64,000 nt of DNA from Acidobacteriota bacterium (GTDB lineage: Bacteria > Acidobacteriota > UBA6911 > JACQSX01), in assembly GCA_036507075.1 (NCBI GenBank), contig DASXQR010000004.1:1-64000 (forward strand), given 5' to 3'. The notes under the pieces were generated by a model that worked only from the letters and a program-made list of their open reading frames with translations, was not told the DNA's origin and did no database searches. Made by a program: the position numbers and the translations under genes. Every line of letters begins with the position of its first letter. Positions within the stretch are counted from its first letter, which is position 1. Below, piece after piece: positions 41,038 through 51,370 of the stretch.

Positions 41038-42129
41038 ATGAGACTAATCCAGACTTCTCTGGTTGTCCTGATATTGAGCCTCGTTACGATTCCCACGGCC
41101 AGACCAGCCTTACAGATCGAGTGTGTTGCCGGATGCGGTGCAGGCCCGCTCGACGCGCCTGCCCGCGTGGCCCGGCTGATAGAACCTTTCGGGGTGGTCT
41201 TCGACAAGCGCGGCAATTGGTATATCTGTGAGCACAAGGGTCAGCGAATCACCAAGGTGGACACAAAAGGAATTATCACGCTTTTCGCAGGAACAGAAGG
41301 CAAATCACCGGACTCCGGGGGCGCCACGGCCACTCAACTGAAATTTCATGACCCTCATGGACTGGTGGTCAGTAAAGATCAGCAGATGTACGTCGCCGAC
41401 ACACTCAATCATCGCGCCATCAGGATTGATCTGAAGAGCGGGCGAACCCGCATAGTAGCCGGCACAGGTCAGGCCGGTTTTTCCGGCGACGAAGGCCCGG
41501 CCATACAGGCAACATTTAATGGCATTTACGCGGTTGCTATCGGCCGGGCCGGCGACAAACTCTACTTGACCGACCTTGGCAACCGTCGTGTCAGGTTATT
41601 GAATTTGAAATCCGGCCTCGTGACCACCATCGCCGGAAATGGTCAGGCAGGCGTTCCAAGCGACGGAGCACATGCTCCCAAAAACCCGCTGGTAGATCCC
41701 CGAGCGGCCACCGTAGATTCCAAAGGGGATGTCTACATCCTGGAAAGGCGCGGCAATGCGCTTCGCGTGGTTGACCCGGATGGCCGAATCCGAACAGTCA
41801 TCGGCCCGAATAACCCTCCCCATTCCAGGACCGAAAAGGGGGCAGATTTAAACGGGCCTAAACATCTCTGCATCGATCTCGACGGCAACGTGATCATTGC
41901 CGATACCGAGAATCACTTGATCCGAAAATACAATCCGAAGGACGGCACGACTGTGGTCATCGCAGGCACTGGAGAAAAGGGGGACCGGCTTGTTTCAGAT
42001 GATCCGCTCAAAACACAGTTGAACCGGCCGCACGGCGTGTTCGTGCACCCTTCAGGCGCTTTATATGTTTCGGATAGCGATAATCATCGCGTGTTGAAAT
42101 TGTCAAACTGGCAAACTGTCTCGAAATGA
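41038..42129 (+). CDS. Secreted NHL repeat beta-propeller protein
   Basis: Repeated P.G...D..GN.YI.D..N.R and AGTG motifs; TATAAT at 41017. Confidence 0.9.
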   Translation: MRLIQTSLVVLILSLVTIPTARPALQIECVAGCGAGPLDAPARVARLIEPFGVVFDKRGNWYICEHKGQRITKVDTKGIITLFAGTEGKSPDSGGATATQLKFHDPHGLVVSKDQQMYVADTLNHRAIRIDLKSGRTRIVAGTGQAGFSGDEGPAIQATFNGIYAVAIGRAGDKLYLTDLGNRRVRLLNLKSGLVTTIAGNGQAGVPSDGAHAPKNPLVDPRAATVDSKGDVYILERRGNALRVVDPDGRIRTVIGPNNPPHSRTEKGADLNGPKHLCIDLDGNVIIADTENHLIRKYNPKDGTTVVIAGTGEKGDRLVSDDPLKTQLNRPHGVFVHPSGALYVSDSDNHRVLKLSNWQTVSK

Positions 42130-42959
42130 AACTGGGAACCCGCAGAAGTATCAATCTTAGGTTTCTCAAGTGCCTGCAGGCTGCCTCCATTCTGTACGGG
42201 ACATTGCTTAATGTGCCGGCACAAACAGCGCCCTCAGTCAATCGTCCCAGCCAGGGCGAACGCCTGTTTAAGGTCCATTGCGCCAGTTGTCACGGACCAA
42301 AGGGAGAAGGTGGCCAGGGCCCAACTCTGGCAGTGCCCAAGCTGATCCGAGCCCCAACTCCAGATTTACTGATCAAAGTCATCAAGGAGGGAGTTTCTGG
42401 AACGGAGATGGCCGAAGCAAAACTTGAACCAGGTGAACTCAGACAGGTTGCAGCCTGGGTCCGCAAGCTTGGGCAGTTGCCTTCGGTAAAGGTTCCGGGA
42501 AACACTCGGCGAGGCGAGCAGCTCTATTTCACCAAGGGCAATTGCTCCCAGTGCCACGCCATCAAAGGTCGAGGCGGAGCTTCCGGCAACGACCTTACCG
42601 ACATCGGCCTGCGCCGCGGCCCGGCTTACTTGAGGACCGCGTTGACCGACCCGGGGGCCGACGTGCCCAAAAGCTTCTCAGCGTATCGCTCTGATGTGAA
42701 CATTACGGAGAATTTCCTTCAGGTGAGGATCGTCACGAAGGACGGAGAAAACATCGATGGCGTGCGCCTCAACGAAGACACGTTCTCCATTCAGGTGCGT
42801 GACTCTTCGGATCGCATCTACTCTTTCTTGAAGTCTGAACTGCTCGAATTGCACAAGGACTGGGGTAAGTCACCGATGCCTGATTATCGCGATGTCTTCT
42901 CAAAACAGGAGCTCGATGACCTGGTGGCCTTTCTGGTATCGCTGCGAGGTGAAAAATGA
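42126..42959 (+). CDS. Dihaem c-type cytochrome
   Basis: CASCH and CSQCH, with C-terminal SPMP...DDLVAFL. Confidence 0.92.
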   Translation: MKLGTRRSINLRFLKCLQAASILYGTLLNVPAQTAPSVNRPSQGERLFKVHCASCHGPKGEGGQGPTLAVPKLIRAPTPDLLIKVIKEGVSGTEMAEAKLEPGELRQVAAWVRKLGQLPSVKVPGNTRRGEQLYFTKGNCSQCHAIKGRGGASGNDLTDIGLRRGPAYLRTALTDPGADVPKSFSAYRSDVNITENFLQVRIVTKDGENIDGVRLNEDTFSIQVRDSSDRIYSFLKSELLELHKDWGKSPMPDYRDVFSKQELDDLVAFLVSLRGEK

Positions 42960-44536
42960 AGAAGGCGGTCCTGCTTTTGCTCCTGGGCCAAATGACTTTT
43001 GGCCAGGTGCCCTATGAAAGAATCCGCCGCGCCGAGGCTGAGCCGGGCAACTGGCTCACCTACTCAGGCAACTATCAGGGACACCGTCATTCTCCGCTCA
43101 CACAAATCAATGCGGCGAATGTGGCTCGCCTCAAACCAGCCTGGGTGTACCAGATGCGAGAGGCGGGCAAGGTCGAGACCTCGCCGATTGTGGTGGATGG
43201 AATACTGTACATAACAGAAAAGCCTAACATCGTGACGGCCCTGGATGGGCGCACGGGAAGACCTTTGTGGGGTTATCGCCGCACCATTCCGGCAGGCGTC
43301 CGCGGGTGTTGCGGCCAGGTCAATCGCGGGCTGGCTATCCTGGATGACGCGCTGTTTCTGGGCACATATGACGCGCATCTGGTGGCGCTCGATCTGCAAA
43401 CCGGCAAGGCGCGCTGGGATGTGACCGTGGCGGATTACAAACTGGGGCACACGATCACGGTCGCACCGCTGGCAGTCAAAGACAAGGTGATTGTCGGCAT
43501 TGCGGGCGCCGAATACGGCATCCGGGGTTTTCTGGACGCCTACGATGCCAAGACCGGCAAACGAGTCTGGCGCTACTGGACGATTCCGGGGCCGGGCGAG
43601 CCTGGACACAAGACTTGGCAAGGTGAAAGCTGGAGGACCGGAGGGGCTTCCACATGGGTGACCGGGTCGTACGATCCTGAGTTGAATCTGATCTACTGGG
43701 GCACCGGCAATCCGGCGCCGGACTGGAACGGAGACGATCGTGAAGGCGACAACCTTTACTCCTGTTCACTGCTGGCGCTGGATGCCGATACCGGAAAGCT
43801 CCGGTGGTACTTTCAATTCACTCCACACGACGTTCACGATTGGGATTCCAACCAGGTGCCGGTGTTGATTGACGTCGCGGCAGGCGGACGGACGAGAAAA
43901 CTGGTGGCCCAGGCAAATCGCAATGCGTTTTATTACGTGCTGGACCGCGAGTCGGGAGAGTTTCTCTGCGGCGCGCCTTATGTCAAACAAACCTGGGCGC
44001 GGGGACTCGACGCGCGCGGCCGTCCCATGGTTCTTCCCAATACGGATCCCACTCCGGAGGGCAGGCTGGTTTATCCGGGCCTGGGTGGGGGCACCAACTG
44101 GTTCAGCCCTTCCTACAGCCCGCGCACTGGTCTGTTCTATGTGCACGCGCAGGAAGATTACGCGCAGGTCTATTACAAGCTGAAAACGCCGTACAAGCCG
44201 GGAGAACAATTCGAAGGCGGCGGCGCTCACAACGTTGCCGGCGTGGAGCCGTACGGCGTGGTAAAAGCTCTGGAATCTGAGACCGGCAAGCTCCGGTGGG
44301 AATTCAAACTGCACGCGCTTTCCTCTGCCGGGTTGCTCTCAACAGGCGGCGGGTTGGTTTTCGGCGGCAATCGCGAAGGCAACTTTTTCGCTCTGGATGC
44401 TGAAACCGGCAAGCCGCTGTGGCATTTTCAGACCGGCGGCGAGGTCGGAGCTAACCCGGTAAGCTTCCTGGTAGACAACAAGCAGTATGTAGCAATAGCC
44501 GCGGGGCGGGCTCTCTTCGCATTCGTAGTCGAGTAG
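42956..44536 (+). CDS. PQQ-dependent dehydrogenase, methanol/ethanol family
   Basis: Vicinal CC, GAEYGIRG, WGTGNP, HDVHDWD, Trp-docking repeats; ATGA overlaps with upstream genes. Confidence 0.93.
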   Translation: MKKAVLLLLLGQMTFGQVPYERIRRAEAEPGNWLTYSGNYQGHRHSPLTQINAANVARLKPAWVYQMREAGKVETSPIVVDGILYITEKPNIVTALDGRTGRPLWGYRRTIPAGVRGCCGQVNRGLAILDDALFLGTYDAHLVALDLQTGKARWDVTVADYKLGHTITVAPLAVKDKVIVGIAGAEYGIRGFLDAYDAKTGKRVWRYWTIPGPGEPGHKTWQGESWRTGGASTWVTGSYDPELNLIYWGTGNPAPDWNGDDREGDNLYSCSLLALDADTGKLRWYFQFTPHDVHDWDSNQVPVLIDVAAGGRTRKLVAQANRNAFYYVLDRESGEFLCGAPYVKQTWARGLDARGRPMVLPNTDPTPEGRLVYPGLGGGTNWFSPSYSPRTGLFYVHAQEDYAQVYYKLKTPYKPGEQFEGGGAHNVAGVEPYGVVKALESETGKLRWEFKLHALSSAGLLSTGGGLVFGGNREGNFFALDAETGKPLWHFQTGGEVGANPVSFLVDNKQYVAIAAGRALFAFVVE

Positions 44537-44555
44537 TAAGTTTTTCAAGGGCATC

Positions 44556-44613
44556 CAGGTCTTTACGATCGAGGTCAGTCCGCTTCAGCGGGCTTTTTGC
44601 TTTTCGGTTAGCC
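44556..44613 (+). terminator. Repeated hairpin plus T-run, terminator/REP-like; second copy at 61623-61681
   Basis: AGTCCGCTTCAGCGG(G/A)CT-TTTTGCTTTT directly after the PQQ operon. Confidence 0.6.
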
Positions 44614-44866
44614 CCGGCTTTCTGGACGTGTTGCCCGAATCGAAGCCGGCCGTAGACGGACACGTTGCATTCACCGCAGAGCCGCAAAGAACGCCGAGTT
44701 TCCGCAGAGTTTCATCACAACCTCAGCGAAACTTAGCGTTCTCGGCGGCTCTGCGGTGAACATAATGCAGCCGTCTCCATTCTGTTCCGATTTGGGCAAC
44801 ACGCCGCGATACGCCGCGCAAAAAAAACTGGGCAACACGACTCTGATCCGTGAGGAGATCTATCGC

Positions 44867-47296
44867 ATGAATACTCTCTTGATAGTCGAAACACTCTGGC
44901 AGGATCTGCGCTTCGCAACGCGCGTGTTACTGAAGAGCCCGGCATTCACCAGCGTGGCCGTGTTGTCGCTTGCGCTCGGGATTGGCGCCAATACGGCCGT
45001 CTTCAGCGTCGTCAACGCAGTGCTGCTGCGTTCCCTGCCGTATCCAGAGCCGGCGCGGCTCGTTCGCGTCGCCAAACAGGTTACCCAGGGGGCTGTCAGC
45101 ATTCCCGAGTACGAGTTCTGGAAAAAGCATAGCAGTACTTTTTCGTTTATGGCCGGCCACCGCGGCGGAGGAGAACGACAACTCCATTCGGGATCCAGGC
45201 AGGAGTGGATCAAAACCATCACTGTGACGGCAGACTTCCTGCGAACGCTGGGCATCAACCCGGTTTTGGGCCGCGAGTTTAATTCCGAGGAAACGCACAC
45301 CGGAGGACCGCAGGCTATCATCCTCAGCGATAGCCTCTGGCAGCGCAGCTTCGGCGGCGATCAGCAGGTTCTGGGGCGCGCGGTCCTGTTGGATGACGCG
45401 AGCTACACTGTCGTAGGCGTTCTGCCTCGCGACTTTTGGATTCCACAAGCCGTCGATGCGTTGGTTCCGCTGCGTCCCTCCGGAAGTCTTAGCGATACCG
45501 GGACGAACACGGAAGTCATCGCGCGTCTTAAAGACGGCGTCACCCTGCGACAGGCCGAAGCGGAAATGGCGACGGTAACAGAGAGTTTCCGTCGCGAACA
45601 TACCGGTCGTCTTACGCGCGAGTATCGCGGTTTGACTGTGATCCCATACCAGAACTGGCTGGCAGGCGACGTGCGTTTGAATCTGTTGTTGCTCTTTGGC
45701 GCGACCGGCCTGCTGCTTCTTATCGCGTGCTCCAACCTGGCGAGTTTACTGCTGACACGCCTGGCGGCTCGGGGAAAAGAACTCGCAGTTCGCCTCGCGC
45801 TTGGAAGCAGCCGCCTCCGGCTGCTGCGACAGTTCCTGATCGAGAACCTTTTGCTGGCCGCGCTGGGGACCCTTGCCGGCCTGTTTGGGGCGTACCTGTT
45901 GCTGGGTGGATTGGTGGCCCTGATTCCCTTGGATCTGCCTGCCTCCGCACCAATTCATCTGGACACGACCGTTCTGGCATTCGCTCTTGCTGTCACCTTG
46001 GGCACGGCCCTGCTATTCACCTTCGTGCCGTTTCTCACTGCTACCCGGCTGAACGTTCACGAGGCGCTAAAATCAGTGGGCCGAACCACCGGAGCGGGAA
46101 GCGCTCGCCGGCGCACCCACAATTTCCTCGTGGTAGGCGAAGTGGCGCTGTCGGCGATGTTGCTGATCGCCGCCGGGCTCCTGATTGAGACCTTATACCG
46201 CCTGCACCAGGAGCGGCTCGGGTTCACGCCCCACGGACTGATCACCTTTGAGACGCCTCTGGCCGCCGACCGCCGGAATGCCGATGCCATTACGAATTTC
46301 GCGAGCACTATGCTCGAGCGCCTCCAGGCGGTACCGGGAGTCCGCAGCGTGGCGGCGATCAATGTGCTTCCACTTACCGGCTGGAGCAACCTTCCCACAC
46401 AGCGGGAAGGCCGCCCGGAACAGAGTATCGGCGGCATGGAAATTCGCCTGGTGACTCCCGCTTATTTTGAAGTAATGCGAATACCGATACGCCGCGGCCG
46501 ATCCTTCACCGGAAGCGACACGGGCGCATCATCCCCCATAGCCCTGGTAAACGAAACGGTCGCGCGCACCTGGTGGCCGCAAGGCTCCGCGGTCGGCGAC
46601 CGGATCATCGTGGGTCGCTTTCGGGGGCGCAGCTTCCTCAATGATCCCCCGCGAGAGGTGGTGGGTATTGTCGCCGACACCAAGACGTCGGCTTTGAAAG
46701 AGCCGCCCCGCCCCACTGTTTTCCTTCCCCTCACGCAAGCCCTGGGTGGATTCGGTGGAGGTAACCTGGCCTGGATCGTGAGCACGAACGCTTCCGGCGG
46801 AATCGCTGAAAATTTGCGCCGCGCGGTACTGGAAATCGATTCCAGCCAGCGCATCCGTCAGTTTAGGACAATGGACCAGATTGTAGCGTCCACCAGCGCC
46901 GACTCGCGATTTAATGCCTGGCTGTTTGGCATTTTTGCCGGTGTTGCCCTTGCGCTCGCAGCAATAGGAGTCTACGGGCTGTTGTCATTCTCTGTAGCAC
47001 AGCGGCGGCAGGAGATCGGGACGCGAATGGCTCTAGGGGCAGGCCGCGCGGATGTCTTGAAACTGGTCTTGAAGCAAGGCTTCGCCCTCACCTCGATCGG
47101 ATTAGGGATAGGATTGGCTGGCGGGCTCTTCCTTGCCCGTTGGTTGTCAAGTCTGCTCTATGGCGTACGTCCCAACGATCCGCTCAGCTTCGGCTTAGTC
47201 TCGCTGCTCCTTCTCTCGGTGGGCCTGACGGCAAGCTATCTTCCAGCACGCCGCGCTACCAGGATCGACCCGATGGTGGCGCTGAGGTACGAATGA
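44867..47296 (+). CDS. ADOP-type duplicated ABC permease, N-terminal prefix apparently truncated
   Basis: WQDLRFA.R, LALGIGANTAVF, EIGTRMALGA, IDPMVALRYE; upstream in-frame RYAAQKKLGNTTLIREE. Confidence 0.93.
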   Translation: MNTLLIVETLWQDLRFATRVLLKSPAFTSVAVLSLALGIGANTAVFSVVNAVLLRSLPYPEPARLVRVAKQVTQGAVSIPEYEFWKKHSSTFSFMAGHRGGGERQLHSGSRQEWIKTITVTADFLRTLGINPVLGREFNSEETHTGGPQAIILSDSLWQRSFGGDQQVLGRAVLLDDASYTVVGVLPRDFWIPQAVDALVPLRPSGSLSDTGTNTEVIARLKDGVTLRQAEAEMATVTESFRREHTGRLTREYRGLTVIPYQNWLAGDVRLNLLLLFGATGLLLLIACSNLASLLLTRLAARGKELAVRLALGSSRLRLLRQFLIENLLLAALGTLAGLFGAYLLLGGLVALIPLDLPASAPIHLDTTVLAFALAVTLGTALLFTFVPFLTATRLNVHEALKSVGRTTGAGSARRRTHNFLVVGEVALSAMLLIAAGLLIETLYRLHQERLGFTPHGLITFETPLAADRRNADAITNFASTMLERLQAVPGVRSVAAINVLPLTGWSNLPTQREGRPEQSIGGMEIRLVTPAYFEVMRIPIRRGRSFTGSDTGASSPIALVNETVARTWWPQGSAVGDRIIVGRFRGRSFLNDPPREVVGIVADTKTSALKEPPRPTVFLPLTQALGGFGGGNLAWIVSTNASGGIAENLRRAVLEIDSSQRIRQFRTMDQIVASTSADSRFNAWLFGIFAGVALALAAIGVYGLLSFSVAQRRQEIGTRMALGAGRADVLKLVLKQGFALTSIGLGIGLAGGLFLARWLSSLLYGVRPNDPLSFGLVSLLLLSVGLTASYLPARRATRIDPMVALRYE

Positions 47297-47382
47297 CCTG
47301 GTAACCGGCTGCGCGTCTTCGTCCGAGCCTGTGTCCTCTGTGTCTCTGTGGTGATATTCTCCTGGCGCCAACGTGAGCTAAT

Positions 47383-48684
47383 ATGAAACGCCGAACCTTC
47401 CTGCAAACCACTCTTGCTGCCTTTGGAATGAACCTTGTTGCGGCGCCTGAGTCCTGGCGAGAATGGCGGGTCGATGGCGCCAGGGTTAACCGCCACCTGG
47501 CAGATTTGTCTCAGTACGGTCGCAATCCTAAGGGTGGCGTCAGCCGTGTGGCGTTCAGCCAGGCCGACATCGATGCGCGCCGCTTCGCAATGGATTTAAT
47601 GCGCCGGGCGTCGCTTGAAGTCAAAATCGACCCGGTCGGGAATATTCTCGGCCGGCGGACGGGAACGGAACCGGGTTTAAAGCCTATTCTCTTCGGCTCC
47701 CATATCGACTCTGTACCCGAGGGTGGTAACTATGACGGCGACGTGGGGTCAATGTCGGCGATCGAAGTGGCCCAAACGCTCGCCGAGCAGGATTACCGGA
47801 ACCGCCATCCCTTGGAAATTGCCATCTGGTGCGATGAAGAGTGCGGTCTTACCGGAAGTCGCGGATTCATCGGCGATCTTCCCCAGGAAGAACTTTCCGC
47901 TCCGGGTCGCGATGGCATCCCGCTGGAGCAGAAGATTCGCCGGGTGGGCGGGGATCCGTCACGGCTGGCTGAGGCTCGCCATTCCAAGGGAAGCATTGCC
48001 GCGTATATCGAGCTGCACATCGAACAGGGCAGCATCCTCGATCAGAAAGGGATTCAGATCGGAGTGGTCGAGGGAATCGTCGGGATCAATCATTACGATG
48101 TAACCTTGAAAGGATTTGCCAACCATGCTGGAACCACACCGATGGACCAGCGCCGCAACGCCTTGCTGGCCGGCTCCGAGCTGGTGCTTGCCGTGGATCG
48201 AGTGGTGCGGTCTGTCCCGGGCAAGCAGGTCGGCACTGTCGGGCGGCTGATTGTCAAACCCGGCGCCCCTAATGTCATCCCCGGTCAGGTTGATTTGACA
48301 GTGGAGCTGCGAGACCTTTCGATGGAGAAAATTGAATCGCTCTGGTCGCAGATTAATAATGAAGCGCAGAAGATCGCCAGCCGGTTCGACACGGAGTTCA
48401 GCTACGTCAAGCAGCATTCAAACGTCGCGGCCTTGTCGGATCCGAAGATCCGCCAGGTGATTCTGGACGCCGCGCAATCGCTGCAGCTTTCCACCCTTCA
48501 GATGCCGAGTGGAGCCGGTCATGATGCCCAGGATCTGGCGCAGATTGGCCCAATGGGAATGATTTTCGTCCCTTCGGTCCGCGGCATCAGCCACTCGCCC
48601 CACGAATTTACGCGCCCACAGGACGTAACCAACGGCGCCAACGTCCTGCTGCAAACCATCCTGCGGCTGGACCAAGCGCCTTAA
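47383..48684 (+). CDS. M20 Zn-dependent amidohydrolase (allantoate/N-carbamoyl-amino acid hydrolase family)
   Basis: GSHIDSV, GG.YDG, DEE, ELHIEQG, NHAGTTPM, SGAGHDA; RRTFL Tat-like start. Confidence 0.92.
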   Translation: MKRRTFLQTTLAAFGMNLVAAPESWREWRVDGARVNRHLADLSQYGRNPKGGVSRVAFSQADIDARRFAMDLMRRASLEVKIDPVGNILGRRTGTEPGLKPILFGSHIDSVPEGGNYDGDVGSMSAIEVAQTLAEQDYRNRHPLEIAIWCDEECGLTGSRGFIGDLPQEELSAPGRDGIPLEQKIRRVGGDPSRLAEARHSKGSIAAYIELHIEQGSILDQKGIQIGVVEGIVGINHYDVTLKGFANHAGTTPMDQRRNALLAGSELVLAVDRVVRSVPGKQVGTVGRLIVKPGAPNVIPGQVDLTVELRDLSMEKIESLWSQINNEAQKIASRFDTEFSYVKQHSNVAALSDPKIRQVILDAAQSLQLSTLQMPSGAGHDAQDLAQIGPMGMIFVPSVRGISHSPHEFTRPQDVTNGANVLLQTILRLDQAP

Positions 48685-48703
48685 ATGAGGAGACGCGTTA
48701 AAT

Positions 48704-48826
48704 GGGGACAGACCCCTTTTCAAAATGGCGGACTGCAAAAAGGGGACTGTCCCTATTTAAAAAAGGGGACTGTCCCCTATTTAACAGGTCACGGCCGCAA
48801 CCGACCCCAAAGGGGTCTGTCCCCCA
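48704..48826. repeat. Cluster of GGGGACTGTCCCC-type palindromes
   Basis: Four copies between convergent genes. Confidence 0.8.
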
Positions 48827-48827
48827 T

Positions 48828-49703
48828 TTACGGTTTGCGCAGCAGCTTCATGTCGGACATCCACTCCTGAAGCCGTGCCGGCCAGGTCGAAACGGGAACA
48901 TCCTTGTTTCGCATTCCGAAGCCATGCCCGCCGTGCGCATAGATGTGGAGTTCGCCGGAAACGCCGGCCTTTTTCAGCGCAACATAGAAGGCCGCGCTGC
49001 GTTCTGAGCTCAGGCGGTCATCGTCGGCGTGCACTAGAAATGAAGGCGGCGTGTCTTTGTTTACGATCAGATTTTCCGGGTTGAAACCGGGATATACCAG
49101 CACCAGGAAATCAGGACGGGAGCTTTGACGCTCGATGGGATCGGCTGCCGCCTCGTTGCCTTGGTCATGGCGCGTGCCGACAAGGGCTGTGAGTTCGCCC
49201 CCCGCCGAGAATCCCACCATGCCGACGCGTTTCGGATCGATGCCCCACTCTTCCGCACGGCTGCGCACCAGGCGGACAGCGCGAAGACCGTCCTGCAGGG
49301 CGTGAACATCGACTTTATAAGGTGAGCCCTCCTCTTTGGCGAGACGGTATTTGAGAACAAACCCGGCTACACCGATACCGTTCAGCCATTTCGCAATCTC
49401 GATTCCCTCCTTGTCGATTGTCAGGTAACGGTGGCCGCCCCCCGGGCAGACGATGAAAGCGGAGCCGTTGGCTTTCTCCCTGTCAGGCAGGTAAACGGTC
49501 AAAGTCGGGTTATGCACGCTCGAGACACTGCGGTCCAGAGCGCCGTCTTTTCCGCGGTTCACGATCACCTCCCTGGCTGTCAGTCCTTCCGAACCGGGCG
49601 CGCCGGACGGCCAGAGCGGGACTTCCGGGGAAACGTCGCCTGCAAAAAGGGAGGCGGAGACCATCGATAATGCGGCAAGATTTTTCCAGAGCATCAGGAT
49701 CAT
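48828..49703 (-). CDS. Secreted alpha/beta hydrolase (carbohydrate esterase-like)
   Basis: CPGGG, GFSAGG, SSRPDF, GGHGFG; start 49703 or 49694. Confidence 0.88.
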   Translation of the reverse strand: MILMLWKNLAALSMVSASLFAGDVSPEVPLWPSGAPGSEGLTAREVIVNRGKDGALDRSVSSVHNPTLTVYLPDREKANGSAFIVCPGGGHRYLTIDKEGIEIAKWLNGIGVAGFVLKYRLAKEEGSPYKVDVHALQDGLRAVRLVRSRAEEWGIDPKRVGMVGFSAGGELTALVGTRHDQGNEAAADPIERQSSRPDFLVLVYPGFNPENLIVNKDTPPSFLVHADDDRLSSERSAAFYVALKKAGVSGELHIYAHGGHGFGMRNKDVPVSTWPARLQEWMSDMKLLRKP

Positions 49704-49707
49704 CCTT

Positions 49708-50967
49708 TCACACAATCTCGCCCGAAACTAACCTGGCGCGCCGGACAAAGTCCGGATCGATGGTGACCCCGAGGCCCGGGCCGGAGGGAACACGGATCAT
49801 GCCGTTCTCGCTTTTCAGTGAAGACGTTTCCGAATGCACAGGGAGAGTTCCTTCCTCTCCTTTGTACTCCTGATGCGGACCGGCGTTTGGAACGCACGAA
49901 GCGAAATGAGCCACGTAAAGATATCCGAGCCCGCCGCCCGACATGTGAGGCGTGCATTGAATGCCGGTCGCAGCCGCTATGCGGGCAACGCGGATGGAGC
50001 GAATCATTCCGCCAAAGTAGAGCAGGTCCGGTTGCGTGACCCGCATCACGCCGTTCTCAATGATCCAGCGAAACTGCCGCAGGCTGTTCTCCTGTTCGCC
50101 TAGAGCGATAGGGATTCGGAGCGCGTCGGCGATCTTCTTTGTCTCCTCGTAGTGATCAAACGGCACAGGCTCTTCAAAAAAAGCCAAGCGGTGGTCCTGC
50201 ATCAGGCGTCCGATTCGAATCGCCGTCGGAACGTCGTATGAGCCGTTTGCGTCGGCGTAAATCGTCATTGCGTCGCCGAACGTGCGTCGGGTCAGCGGGA
50301 TCAGCGCCTTGTCGCGGCGAGTCGTCTCGTCGTTGAACATCATCCGTCCGCCGAGCCGAAACTTGATGGCCTTTGCACCGGTTTGAGCGACGATTCTCTT
50401 AAGATAGTCGATTTCCTGCTCGGGCGTGTTGCCGCGATTGCCGCTGGCGCGATAAACATTAATGTCGCGCCGCACAACGCCTCCGAGCAGTTCGCCGATC
50501 GGCTTGGACGCCGCCTTTCCGAGCAGGTCGAGAACGGCTAGTTCCACTGCAGCCACGCAGACCCAGAACGGCAGCCCTTGCCATTTGTAATTGTCGCGTT
50601 CGAGATAAACCTCCCACAGCAGGCGCTCCAGATCACGCGCGTCCTTGCCGATCAAAGGGGGAATGACGCGTTTGACCAGAATGGGAAACGTCGTTTTCAT
50701 CGCGTCCGGATGAGCCACCGAAATGCCCTCGGCGCCGTCGGCCGTCCGCGCCCTGACCAGGAAATGGGAACCATTCAAAAGAAGGTCAATGCGCGCGATC
50801 TTGAGCGGAGCCTTCAGCGTGTCAACTTGAAGCACGGGAGAGGAGAGCACCTTGTCAATCTTGGAAGCAAGCTGCGATGAACGATCCGCAGCCCGCGCCG
50901 GCGGCGCCAACGCCAGTGCTGCAGCAGAAAATCCGTACCTTCCGAAATCACGCCGGGTAAGTTTCAT
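49708..50967 (-). CDS. Tat-exported mandelate racemase/muconate lactonizing enzyme family protein
   Basis: TRRDF, ELAVLDL.GK, K.IKFR, DANG, FEEP, GEQE, QPD, GPGLGV. Confidence 0.9.
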   Translation of the reverse strand: MKLTRRDFGRYGFSAAALALAPPARAADRSSQLASKIDKVLSSPVLQVDTLKAPLKIARIDLLLNGSHFLVRARTADGAEGISVAHPDAMKTTFPILVKRVIPPLIGKDARDLERLLWEVYLERDNYKWQGLPFWVCVAAVELAVLDLLGKAASKPIGELLGGVVRRDINVYRASGNRGNTPEQEIDYLKRIVAQTGAKAIKFRLGGRMMFNDETTRRDKALIPLTRRTFGDAMTIYADANGSYDVPTAIRIGRLMQDHRLAFFEEPVPFDHYEETKKIADALRIPIALGEQENSLRQFRWIIENGVMRVTQPDLLYFGGMIRSIRVARIAAATGIQCTPHMSGGGLGYLYVAHFASCVPNAGPHQEYKGEEGTLPVHSETSSLKSENGMIRVPSGPGLGVTIDPDFVRRARLVSGEIV

Positions 50968-51085
50968 GGGTTTCTCCTGAAGTTTGAAGGGCGACAACCT
51001 GCATGCCTCAATGGTAACACGGGCATAACATAAGAATATCCACCACAAAGACACAAAGGCACGAAGATATCTCTGTGTCCTCTGT

Positions 51086-51229
51086 ACTACTAACCATGAG
51101 AATTTTCGCCTGCGCAAATTATTCGGGAGCGGAGACGGCCTGAGGGCCGTCTCAGCTTGGCAGGACACCGCAGAGAGACGGCCCTCAGGCCGTCTCTCCT
51201 TGACTTTTGGTTGCGCTTCGCCGCGCTAA
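51086..51229 (-). mobile_element. Dispersed element, copy 3, inserted in a periodic repeat arm
   Basis: Flanks CTCTGTGTCCTCTGT | GCCTCTGTGGT rejoin into one intact arm. Confidence 0.85.
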
Positions 51230-51370
51230 GCCTCTGTGGTGGATAAATTGTGCCAAAGCAGAAGGCTCATGAATCGAGCCAAATCGCGCTGGATATCTTC
51301 GTGTCCTTTGTGTCTTTGTGGTAAATTTCCCCCGCCACAAAATAGGAAATCGGCGGAGGGAGAATCCCCC

